NCBI GenBank assembly: GCA_046563655.1
Contig: CM102290.1
Coordinates: forward strand, 13,392,001 to 13,456,000
Source of the DNA: Yuukianura sp. NJ FZ-2021
Taxonomy: Eukaryota
Direction of reading: 5' to 3'
Length of the DNA stretch: 64,000 nucleotides
The notes under the pieces were generated by a model, which worked only from the letters and a program-made list of their open reading frames with translations, ran no database searches and was not told the origin of the DNA. Below, piece by piece: positions 1-21,480 of this stretch; the stretch's first letter is position 1; each line of letters opens with the position of its first letter. Position numbers and translations under genes: made by a program.

Positions 1-117
1 AAACGAATATTTCGAGCTCCATATAAAATAAACTAAGGAATCAACGTACGACGTGTTGAAATCCCGTGGCCAATTGCGTAGTATTGGCTGGGACACGGAA
101 AACAACAAAGTTATAAA

Positions 118-276
118 CAGGCTTGTCAAAAATATTTATCAAAAATATCACAATATTGTTGTAAAAAAAAACTTGTTAAATCGAAAAAAGCAATAAACAA
201 AATTTGACCAAAACTCGGAAAATATTATTTAATAACATTACACAGCCTTAAAAACTAAATATTTTTGATAAGCCTA
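118..276. mobile_element. Short hAT-like MITE
   Basis: Termini CAGGCTTGTCAAAAATATTT / AAATATTTTTGATAAGCCTA; no clear TSD. Confidence 0.45.
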
Positions 277-639
277 ACAAAAAAAAAACAGACGGGAACT
301 ACTATTGCTCGAGTATAGCTCTAACTCCAAGCAAAAAAAAATATTTAGATTGGAAAACAGCGATTCTGCACGACCAAAATATTTCGGCTCATGATTAATA
401 AAGTAAAAACCGTCATCAGCAGTTTCCTGCAGACAGAAATTCCGAAACGTAGGGGAAAAGCTAGCCAAGAAAACAGTAGAGGTCATCCAAAAAATGGGAG
501 AAAAGAAAATCCATACATCCGGTTCTCATAATCAATCTGTCCAACTTCCTCTACACATGCTTTCCAAAATTTCTAAAAACCTACGCTTCAAAATAATCCC
601 CTCCAAAAATAAAAAAAAATCTAAAATCACCCAATTTAC

Positions 640-811
640 GGGCTCCATGTAATATGGTCAAAAACAATTTGGTCAAAAAATGAAAAGGTCAAAAAAGTGA
701 GGTCAAACATAACAAAATATAGCCTAACCTGTAATTTGTAATAGTTGACATTTTCAATTTTTAACCTTTTCACTTTTTGATCAAATTATTTTGACCATTT
801 CACCTGCTTAG
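640..811. mobile_element. Foldback-type MITE with AACCT core and 8-bp TSD
   Basis: Flanked by CAATTTAC on both sides; GGTCAAAA subrepeats mirrored by TTTGACC; central GCCTAACCT. Confidence 0.65.
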
Positions 812-1469
812 CAATTTACAAAATTGACCTAACTGCTGTCATGCTTTTAGGCTTTAAAAAAATTGACATAATCTGCGAACTTCTGTCAACAAATGAACTC
901 CCAAAATCCACAATTTCTAAAAGTATAAACAGAATCCTACTCAGAGCTAAAAAGAGAGACAGCACTTGAGAAATATAGATTTGGAAAATATTTCGCAGAA
1001 TCCAAAATGTGTAAAAATGGGAGTTGAATCTCACGATGAGGGAAATGGGGCGGGGAGGACAACACAGACGCTGTTTACGAGGGAGGAGACAAGCCAAAGC
1101 CCAAATCTTCCTCAACTGTGCAAAAACGTATGAAGGAAGATGACGAAACCATGAAAGTTGGTTCAAGGCTACCTAACCAAAAAGCGTCCATTTTCCTATG
1201 TACACGCGTATAAAGTAAAGTAAGTACGTGCTGCTCATGGCAAAAACCTCTCAATTGTTCTCGTGACGAACCGCTTGTTTATTATACTAAAGGCGATGAA
1301 GACTAAGTCTAGTGTTTCCATTCATGAGGTCATTCCAAATATATTTTACGTGGAATTGTGTATGTACTACCTACCTACACAAACAAACAACTCTGACTAA
1401 ATGAAGTTGGGCGCATGCTCACTAACTTTTAGTTTTCCAAAAAAAAACACAATTTACTAAAAGTCTGAA

Positions 1470-1726
1470 CAGTGTTACCATTTTCGGTCACTGGAACGCC
1501 CTAAAGTGACATTCGGACATTTCGGACAGACATATTTCAGTCGACTGAAATGACCAAAACTTATTTTAACATTATAAGAGGCGCGGTAAATTTGAAAATG
1601 TTGGGGGTGTGGCTACGGTTTGCAAATGACGCATGCCCATAGCGTCTATGCATTTGGTCGTATATTTCAGTCATTTCAAAAATTTCGGACAAAAATTTGA
1701 AAAAGTGACCGAAACTGGGAACCCTG
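1470..1726. mobile_element. hAT-like MITE
   Basis: TIRs CAGTGTTACCATTTTCGGTCAC / GTGACCGAAACTGGGAACCCTG. A related inverted copy lies at ~43680-43980. Confidence 0.6.
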
Positions 1727-2036
1727 TCTATTAGACTATTCGGACCACGATAACATGGCTGACCTCAAACTCACTCGTCACTCCTCCAGTCGAGTCACAG
1801 ACTAATAAAAGTAGTTTGCAAACAACAAAAAATGGTTCGAAAGAATCGAGATTGCTTTGAAGTTTAAGCTACTAACACAAACATATGACATTGTCATTGT
1901 AAGAACTCGTTAAGTTGGCAGCACTCATTGATACGCCTCGGCACAACTCTGTGAAAAAGTCCATTGATGTGGGAGTCAGAATGTTGGAAAGACCATGTCC
2001 GGATGTAAAAACTCGAATTTGCCACGAGTTCTCAAA

Positions 2037-2305
2037 GGTAGCACGCCATTGTATCAATTGAATTGTATCAACTGCCATTGCATCAACTGAATTGTGTCAA
2101 TTTGAATTGTATCAACTGGCCAATTGTATCAACGACTAATTGTATCAACGAGTGTAATGCTTAATTTAGCTTAGGTTAGGTTAGGTTACGTTGGTTGATA
2201 CAAGTAGCCGTTGACACAATTGAGCGTTGATACAATTCAAATTGACACAATTCAGTTGATGCAATGGCAGTTGATACAATTCAATTGGTACAATGGCATG
2301 GAACC
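2037..2305. mobile_element. Foldback-type MITE with ~15-bp subrepeats, (TTAGG)3 core and 8-bp TSD
   Basis: TSD TTCTCAAA (2029-2036, 2306-2313). Arms are arrays of AATTGTATCAAC mirrored as GTTGATACAATT; centre TTAGGTTAGGTTAGG. Confidence 0.8.
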
Positions 2306-2640
2306 TTCTCAAAAAAACTCGTTAAGCCCATTTTAGATGTAAATTGAACGAATGAGAGAAAATAATGAATTTCTTAGAAAAATAAATTGTGGCAGCATGC
2401 TTCCAGCACACGTTTCGAACAGGTCGTAGCAAAAAGTGTTCTTAATGCTGTTACTCAGCAAAACTAAAAGTTTTAAGCCGGTGTAAATACCAAGTTTGGT
2501 CTATTCTTCAACACGACATGACTACGCGTGCGTTTTCTCAAATACTACGCATGCGTCAATAACTTAGTTAGTAAATACTGCTGTGTAAAGTGTTGATGCT
2601 AGTACTTCTAAGTTTAGTAAAAAAAAAATGGTGTTCGTAC

Positions 2641-5600
2641 CTGAATGTGGCGTAAAGAACTTCTCAGTATTGCCAAATTAGAGATCTTTCGGTCTTCGAA
2701 TGATGGAAGATTACTTTTGAGAAGCTCAAAACATTCCTTTAAGTGAGCCCGGCGATTCTTTTCCAACTTATTATGAACTTCCCGTGTTCCGGAGTTTCTA
2801 TTATTGAGACCACTGATACTATTTGGACTAACACTGAAAAACAAAAATCAAATTACAAAATCAATACTGCAATTCAATCTCCTCCTCTCCAAAGGAAGTT
2901 ACAGTAAAACCCCTCTTATAGCAACTCTTTTTTAGACCCCGTAAAACCTGCGTTTTACAGGGAGCTTTAGAAACTCAGTTGTTATCTTGAGGCTTCGGGT
3001 AGTCCGAAACGATTATTCGCCGGAATCGGGAAATTCACGGTATCGAAGCAAGTTACTATAAGAGAGGGTTTACTGTACATTCCTTATTAGTTGTCAAATA
3101 AGTCTAAATATTTAGTAAGTTGAAAAATAAAGTTAGTATGTGTGTTAGTACCTTTTGGCAATCCGGGGACGACTTCCGCTCGGAGTAAAGTTCGGAAAAT
3201 GATCAAACTCAGGAGAGCCTCGTACGCTATTCTTTCGATATGTAAGCTCTACTTTGAAACCATTGACCGGTTCAGGTACAACGCGCTGCTGGAGGCCTGA
3301 CGAACTTCCCAAGTGGCTCTTGAATGAAGGCAGACTCTGGGACACGTAGTGCCCATTCGGAACATTCATGATCCGCGGTTGACTCGCAAACTCATTCAGG
3401 ATTGGAACAGCAGCAGAAATCACGTTCAACGGAGACGAACCATTGGAAGTTAACTCCGAATAGCCCTTGGCACCTACAAAAATAACAGAATTCACAGAAT
3501 TAGTGTCACCCACATTCCTTTCCCTGGAAATTACTTATACTCTTAGTTTCTGCTTTCACCTTCATCTAAACTAAAAACATTTCGTCAGTCCAGCAACTAC
3601 TCAGTAATTACTTAAAGACAAGGTTAGAGCCTGTAAATCCTTCAGATGTAGGAAATTTAGACCAAAATGTGATAAATTTTGAAAGTAAGTCATAAAATTC
3701 CCCACTGACCAAAAAAATGAAGTAATTTCATCACTTCTGGTTAAGAATCAACAATAAGCTGTCAAGGTGAGTGGGTGGTAAGTGGAGAAATGGCAATGAA
3801 TGAAGCCACTAATCGTAACAACAACGGTCTAGACTCCAGACGATCAACTTAATTTTTTTCTTAAAATTAGAATTCCTCATTTGTTTACCTAACACCAAAA
3901 TATGTTGGAATTGAAATGTGACACGTTTTATGACCTCCTTAGTCATATACTTGCCACATACCATTATAACTATTAAGGAGCGAAAGCTACTTTATGGATC
4001 GACGTCGTCTGTCTCTCTGGCCCGGTAACGTAAAAAATCTTTCGCTACTTTCGTACACTTCGGGTTACGACCGGACTGATTTTCTTAAATATGTGCTAAG
4101 CCTACCCTCAGTTCTCTCTTTTTCTTTCTCGTACTAAAATACCGCCATTTTTAAGCAAAAATCAGAAATTACCGAAACTGAAGTAATCTTTGATCCACTT
4201 CTTTTTAGGAATTGTAACCGTGACCTCACTTTCGGTCGATCCACTTGACCCCTCCCGGTGACTCTCACTGTGCACCATAATTGCCACTTTCATCTGCTTT
4301 CCAGTTGTAAAAATCCACTTAACACCTCAACTTAATTCTCAGATGACACTGGACAACTAATGCTGAATAAACAGCTTCTGTCCGCTTGCTGTCACACTCC
4401 CGGTACTAATTCAACAGGTATATAGACTAACTAGACACGGTGAATACGGAAGAAGACGACGAAGATCAACAGGGTTCTCAAATTACCGAAATGCTTGTGG
4501 TTTGTCTGTCTGTCAGCTTATTAGTGCCTGTCCTCTTTCCATGTAAAATCACAATTCTCTTTTACTTTTGTCCATAAGCTAATTCCTGCTAATAACGATA
4601 ACTTAACGTTAACTATCGTTCTTCCTAGTATTTCTAAAATACTAAAATTGTTTACAATGCTGTAAAATGTAAAGACAAAAGGGACTGGCTTGTTGGTCAA
4701 TTCACTTCTGACACTAAACTGACTCAGAGCTCAAGTCCTGGTAAGCCTCTTGCCCCTCTCAGCACTTACTACAAACACCGTGACAAGATTAATAACAATG
4801 ATTTAGCACGCGTACTAAAAATTTACAAATATCTTCGTTCGCTACAATTCTTTACACAAATTCCAAATAAACGATCTACATTTTTTGGCGTCTAATAATC
4901 AAAAAACATCGATTTCAATTGAAAATCACAGGTTTATGTCCAGTAAATGGACAATTTCCAGCTCTAGTATAGTAAAAGCGTCTTTGCTAAATCACAGACG
5001 TACACATTTCCTATTAGTATAGTACACAACACTGAAACTGAAACCTGATGCTGTTCAACTACTGGAACTCAGAACTACTATGTTGAATCACTTTAGTCTT
5101 TTGAGTTATCCTTGGAACTGGAACAAATATCGTAATTCCAACAACAGAAATTGGAAACTGTTGGTTTATGATTAGAACTTTTAGAACGGGGACCGTTCAC
5201 TTTTTAGCTTAGATTTCGTTGTGTTTGTATCTTGAACTGTTTCGTGGAATTGAACTACTGAAGTGAAGTCTGTCTGTAGACGAGACGCAAGTCTCGACAA
5301 TAACCTCCACAAACTTGGACGTAAAAAAAACACATAGTACTCCTTCCCAGTTTGCAGTTCCCATTATCCCATTGCCCATTTCACACCATCATCATCATCA
5401 TCATCATCATCCTACATAACAAAACATCAAGTTGGCATACGTTGGGAGATACAGATACAGGGACCGGAGTACCAAAAGAGGATGGATCTGAACATGTACT
5501 ATGTTTTTTTCACCCACGAGAGGGAAATAAAATATGATTAATTTAATTTCGCAATAATTGACATCATGCCCCAAACTTTACTTTAAAAAAAGGAGGAGGA

Positions 5601-6350
5601 GGAATAATGTTAACCCTCACTAAAAAGTTAAAAAACGGTTTAAACTTCATAACAAACTAAGTTTTTGAGATCCGAACGAATTGACTACTCTTTCGCCAAT
5701 GTCAGAGACGACAGTGTATGATTAGTACCTCAGCGGCATAATGTAGCTAGTTAGTTGCTAGGTGTATTTTAGCATGAGTAGTTAGTCACTGTAGTGTAGT
5801 GGACTTTAATAATAAAGGAGAATAAGCCCTAATTAACTAAACTAAGTTAACTACGGCACAAGTTTCTGAAACTTTCACCTTTGAATTGATGAAATTCGAC
5901 CTTACCTAACCTGGGTTCATAGCCTTTAGATCGAAACAATTACAACAGCAGGAACTTTGAATCAGCACCAAAGACGTAAGCAAGAAACACATAAGCAGTA
6001 CGTTTACATCCACCAATGCAATTACATCAGCAGGATTCAGTACCAACGTTGAGAAAACCGAGCCCAAAGGGAACTTAAATCGTGCCGATGTAATTACATT
6101 GCTGAAGTAAACGTACTGCTTACATGATTCTTGCTTACGTCCTTTGTCCTCATGTTATTCCTGCTGCCCTTTCTCATATAACGTCAAATCGGCTGGCCCT
6201 AACGTAACTCATGTCGCCCATTGTTAAACGTATTGATTATCCGAATAATACTTGTGACTGTGACTCACCACGTGCTTCTACTTCGGCCTTGTACTCGAGG
6301 TACTTGGCAGCTTCGAGTAAGGTCTCCAGTCCCATCCTTGTGTTGTTCAT
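2641..6350 (-). CDS. Mnt: Max-binding protein Mnt (Sin3-interaction domain + bHLH-ZIP repressor), 3'-partial
   Basis: Exon 6350/6335-6269 reads MNNTRMGLETLLEAAKYLEYKAEVEARG (SID motif), then GTGAGT. Exon 3473-3152 (ttttgtag acceptor, phase 1). Exon 2833-2641 encodes the bHLH SGTREVHNKLEKNRRAHLKECFELLK...SNLAILRSSLRHIQ. Intron phases are consistent. No leucine-zipper exon was found in 1-2640, so the gene probably continues off the window. Confidence 0.9.
2902..3075. mobile_element. TA-flanked Tc1/mariner-like MITE in Mnt intron 2
   Basis: TA|CAGTAAAACCCCTCTTATAGCAACT ... AGTTACTATAAGAGAGGGTTTACTG|TA. Confidence 0.7.
5387..5410 (+). repeat. (CAT)8 microsatellite
   Basis: Direct reading. Confidence 0.9.
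5946..6166. repeat. Imperfect long inverted repeat in Mnt intron 1
   Basis: GACGTAAGCAAGAA..TAAGCAGTACGTTTAC..AATTACATC is mirrored by GATGTAATT..GTAAACGTACTGCTTA..TTCTTGCTTACGTC; loop ~40 nt. Confidence 0.8.
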
Positions 6351-6783
6351 GTAGTTGTTAATCGGTAGTTAATTGGCCTGTTCCAGGGTAACAGTGTTCA
6401 ATGGTACGGACAACTAAATAGCAGAATCTTGGATGAAGTAGAAATCATAGACACATATGATTACAATTTAGAAGAATACACGTACTCCCGTCCCAATACA
6501 AGACACAAGAGTGTTCCCAATGCAAAACTGTCAAAATCTCTCATGCGCTCGTTGGCCCCCAACACATCGCCCCCTCTCCCCTCTTCAGCCGATTGTCAGA
6601 TGAACCTTATTTACTAAATCATCCATACGCCAACTACGTCTCAACCACAATCATAACAAATACACGTCAGCTGGACCAACTCACATAACTTTAGTAGTTT
6701 CTAACTCGAAATCAAAAGTCATAATTTAGTAGTTTAGTAGTTATGTTTTAAAAATTATGATTTAAGTTATATCTAGTTTTACA

Positions 6784-7020
6784 TAAAAACTAATTCTCCT
6801 AATTTATGAGTAGTAGCATATAAAAACTAATTCCTCCAATTTATATGTAGTGGCAAATAAAATCCAAGCCGTTCAATTTATATTTAATGGTAAGTAAAAA
6901 ACTAATCCTTTCGATTTATATGTAGAGGTATATAAAATTAATTCTTATAATTTATATGTAAACTAATCGCAAGTAACTCTTCGAATTTATACGTAATAGT
7001 ATATAGAAACTAATTCTTCA
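6784..7020 (+). repeat. Degenerate ~37-bp AT-rich minisatellite (~6 units)
   Basis: Unit like TAAAAACTAATTCTCCTAATTTATATGTAGTAGCATA repeated in tandem. Confidence 0.7.
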
Positions 7021-9786
7021 AATCCAGGTTCGGTATTACTTTTTTAGTTGTGTATTGTATACTAAGTAATTGGAGAGACAAAGTCACTGGACAACTGACG
7101 TAGCGGCGATTGACCCCAAATGTTTATGTCGTTCGGGACGAAGTTGTGTGTAGCCGGAGAGTCCGTACAAAATCTGTGTAAGCACGTAAGCCATATGTAT
7201 AGGTCGACTGTAACTAGGCTTAAACTTTGTATTAGCTTTACAACATAACAATGGTCCGGTGTACTTGGATTTGGATCCTGTCAAATTACCGCCCTTTCCT
7301 TCTCCATTGTTCTCATCTCAGCAGTCCCCGCTCTAATGTTCAAGTGCAATGACAAGCCTTTACTCCGAGCCCTTTAAAGGCATCCCAGACCCTTATGCTC
7401 CAGTGTCCAACAGTACTAAGTACCCACTTCGGTAGGTTCACAAACAAAGAGCTGTTTGGGATTGGTAGGGGTGTAGGACGGAGGGGTTCCTTGACGCTTA
7501 TGAACGGCTACTTATCGACCAGCAGCCTTATGCGTGGTCGCTTTACGACCATTTAACCTATCGACACAAACGTAACTAAAACATACAAAAGTCATTGGCC
7601 ATAAGTGGCCGGACATAAGGTTGACGTTCAAGAGTTGCCGGACGTAAGTGTCCAGTTATGGGAATGAGGGAGGGAATTCATGTTGTGGGTAATCCCTTTG
7701 CCTAGCCTTAAACCCTAACCCCTAACCTACCCAGTGCGGGGTTCTTTAGCCTTAGCATTTGGACCAAAAACAAGTTGTAAATTCCTCGTGTCATCCAGCA
7801 CTTTCAGTTTCTAACTTACAAACAAAGAAGCATGTGCTCGTATCAATGTCAAAACAGGGTTTCCCCCGCCCTAGCCGACCCCTTTGAAAAGCAAAGGGGT
7901 CAAGGGGTTCCATGGGGTGCAACAACAGAACCCCACAATTCGCTTATAAGCTACAACTGGAAAGCATCGTAACAGAGAAGATGCTGAAAGAAAGCTAAAA
8001 CTTCCCAAAAGTTAACAAGTTAACTCCAAGTTAACTTTCTGGAATAACTATGGTTATAGCATAGCGTCCGGAATTAAAAAACGAGCAATTTCCAGGAACC
8101 TTGTCTGAATCACGCCTTGTATCCAATACTACGCTGCTGATTAGACACACTCCACTTAGATACTTTCATAAACAAATTGAGTTTTTAGTCATAATGTCGT
8201 CAAGTTGGGCCACAAGCTTTGAAGTACTTATCTTTTGTAAGAAGCGTCTGACATCAGCACAAACTCATGACAACTTTTTGACTTCGCCAATGACGTGACT
8301 GACCAGATTTTAAATATTTCTCTAAAACTTATGCTAAATTGGCTTTCTTTTGATTTGTTTTGGGGACGGATTCAGTTGAAGATGTAAGGCATAGACTAAT
8401 TCGCAGAATAAACATATGAACACGAACAGTATTGTTTGATTATAGTTTCAACTTAACTTGTACATTTAATTAGTGAGTGGGGGTGGAGGTGATTGGTGAT
8501 AGTTTAGCCTAGTAGTACCTAATCTTTCCCTCCTGCAATACGTTGTGAGCCTTAAGCACATGTGGAGAGAGGACAACTTGTTTTTGTGGAATGAATGCTC
8601 TTAAGCCTGATTTCCTAATGTTCTTATGATGTTCCTCTTAAACGGGTGACTACGTGTCAGTTCATTGAAACCACACCACTTCGTGTCTGAGTCATTGTAC
8701 GACCTTGTTTAAATTAGATTAGCCAAGAACACTCCCAATCTATGCATACATGCATGTATTACTTTACAGCTTAAGTTATACACTTCATTAGTTTGGATTA
8801 AAGTTGGCCTAACTTCTGGCTTTTCGCGTCTTTCCAATCAACACGTTCCCTTAAGTCCCTATTAGAAAGCGTCTGCCATCATCAATCCTGCCAGAAATAT
8901 TTACTAAAAATCGAAATGTTAACATTTTTTTTTCATTTTTTAACTACTTTTTATATAAGTATTTTTTTTAAATATCAAGTTGTTATTTGCTTAACATTAA
9001 AAGCATGGACAAATAAATAAATATTTACAAGGTCAATAAATATTTAACCCGAAAATATTTAATTGTTAGGATTAAAGGCATGAGTAAATAGTTAAATATT
9101 TAGTTACAAAAAGAAAATGGAAATAGTTTTTTAATTCTATTACGAGCATGGAAACTAAATATTTTTGACAGACCTGATAATCACATCCCCCACCTTCCTC
9201 AACATCAACCCACCCAATAACAACCCAAGTATTAACGTCAACTTCCAAACCTCTGCCTTTCAATTCTAGTCCACTGATTAGCGTCACAAATTGGATCGTC
9301 ACATCCGCCAACACATTATAAACTGGAATTCCCTGGCATAACTTTAGCGCAGCATTGAACTACTATTTAAAAAGATCTTTTAGATATTTATGATGAGCAA
9401 AACATAATGATTTTCAGTTCGAGATGAAATTTATTTTCAACGTCAGCAGACGCCGACACTTGAAAGAATAAGCAGATAAGATAAGAATGGAAAACAAAAC
9501 AAGACTGTTGATGGATTTGTTATTCTGTCAAATACTATGGAACATGTGCGATGGTGGGTTGATGACGCTTTTAGATACAAATTGTATCATGCAACATGAT
9601 TGATAATGGCTAAATGGTGATGGCGTATCATGTGAGAGCGCAGTCCCCGACAAACAGCAAAATGTTTACCTAACAAAGCAATCTTTTAACCCTCTGCCGC
9701 GCCGCTGACTGGCTATGGTGTGTCGTCGTCATCATATTTTTGTAAAACATATCTTCTAAATCTTTGGTAAAGACAAAAAGATGGTA

Positions 9787-10110
9787 CAGTGGAACCTCTC
9801 ATTGCGCAACACGCTCTGATTGGTTCTTGGAGTAGAGTTTTCGCGGCTACAGTACGAATCAGAGTGGATGGATAAAATATTTCTTCCACCTACATCAAAT
9901 TAAGGACAAGTATATCCGAAAGGCGAAAATATCCATTTTTATCCATTTTATCCAGCCATTTCTTCCGGATGAAATGTATTATCCACTGGATATCTGCTGA
10001 TACGAAACGGCAAGAAAGTGGATATCTTACAACAATGCTCAGATTTGTTAGAATTTGGAGTACAGTAGCCGGAGGCGGAGCTAAAAGTTGCGCAATGAGA
10101 GGTTCTACTG
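9787..10110. mobile_element. Tc1/mariner-like MITE carrying a nested hAT-like MITE
   Basis: TA|CAGTGGAACCTCTCATTGCGCAAC ... GTTGCGCAATGAGAGGTTCTACTG|TA. The internal ~9860-10037 segment is the reverse complement of the element at ~42090-42269. Confidence 0.8.
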
Positions 10111-11518
10111 TATTATTCTCTACCATTGTGTTAGTTTTACTTTTTGCTAAGCTGTAAATTGATCCTTGTACATAGTTGAAATAAAAAAATGATGCGGGGC
10201 TTAGTATGTAAAAGATCCATACGCGTTTTGTGATTTTTGTAAACGTGTAAAGTTGGTGTCGATGATCTTGGGAGGAACAGAAGCCAAGGCGTTGGATTTA
10301 TTGCTACTACCACTGGAATTAAAGGAGTGGTGGCAAATAAGCGAAGTTGCGAATTTCTTAATTCTGCAATATAAGTGTCTCTGGCATTTATTACTCTGCG
10401 GATATTGTACATTGTATCGTAGGAGATAAAATTTGGAAAAATGGACAGCATGCGAATGGAGGAGGATCCTCTTATTGTCCATGCGAATAAAGGTGCTATG
10501 ATCTTCGGCCGGAGAGGAGACGCAGTTCCCCTTGTGCAAAAATGTGAGTTTTTTGCACTCGCCTGTGCGGAGGCAGCAAATAAACAATTAACTTGACAGA
10601 TTGCGAATATCACACAGCAGGATGGATATTCCGTTCCACGTTGGCAAAAACAGCACATGCTAATAACAGAGGTTACTACCCACAAGCGTTGCAATTTCCC
10701 AAGCCACACCATATTCCTAAACAGTCAGCATTGTCTAAATTGTCGTACAAAGTGCATCATCGGATTTGAACGGAGATTGAATTGAATTTTAAACAGATCG
10801 CCCACTTATTGACACGATGAAGGGCGTAATTGATAAATTTAGTAATATTAATTTTATTAATATAACGTGTGTGTTACATTAACGTCAGAATGCACTGTTA
10901 ATGACGCATGGCATTCAAAGTCTCAAACTCTCGTGTCATTTTTCGATAACTTGTAGTAAGTTTGACCGTTTAAATTTTGAATTGATACAGGTCAATTTTT
11001 TTTTCTAAAACGTTATAAATTCAAATGAAGTACGCGGGAAACGGGACATTAGTCATAAACCCCCGGTAGCACAACCTAGTTAGTACAATTGCTAATATTA
11101 ATTAGCATAAATGTTACATTAATTAACGATACAATTGGACTTGAATGTGGTGTTAAGATGTGAGTTTGGTTGTGGGTGACATCTAGTGGGTGGGCGGGCA
11201 AAAATGCTTGGGGCATTTTGAGACAAAGGAGGGAAAATTCAAGCGGACTTAAAATGCCAATAAAATGCGTTTTTGGCCTCACTGTTATTTTGTGTTCCTC
11301 GTCTGTGTGTTGATTTCTGTGATCATTTCAGTCAACTTGTTTTCGTTTTCTCGTTGTTTCGTCACTGAATCTGTAGTTTTGGTATTGATTTTACAGTTTT
11401 TAAGTTATTTGACATTCGGAAACAATATTTTGATGAAAGTCGTGGCATTGAAGCACGTGAAATCCTGGGATTAAGGACACTGTTAAAAAGAATCGTAATC
11501 GTTGGGTTTGGATAAAAA

Positions 11519-21181
<9,663 letters not shown>

Positions 21182-21480
21182 AGATAAGTATCCAGCTTTT
21201 ACTGTATTTCTAGCATTATTACAGTTATTTTCCAAACAAACTTCAAAATGTAGGTACTGTCACTTGGTTTCTTGTCTAAATTAAATTGATATCCTTCAAG
21301 AATTTGTAACAAGTTTGCTCAATTTCAAAGTTTTTTATACAAACGCAATTGTTGTTGTGTGGTGAATCTCAGTCGTTGGTCAAATGAATTGAAAGATTAC
21401 AGAATAGCTAAGCAGAATGTACAAAAGAGTTCCGGCGTATCGAAGTATTCAGCATCAGCACTTTACGGTACTTTGGTGTG

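Noticed and set aside
2170..2190. Interstitial telomere or chromosome fusion scar
   Set aside because: Only three TTAGG units, located at the centre of a TSD-flanked MITE.
6784..7020. CRISPR-like 37-bp repeats
   Set aside because: Degenerate tandem minisatellite with no spacers.
7963..7985. Hairpin AGCATC-GTAACAGAGAA-GATGCT resembling the U6/MAT2A METTL16 target
   Set aside because: The motif is AACAGAGAA, not TACAGAGAA. There is no other U6 sequence and no evident + strand transcript; a chance match is likely.
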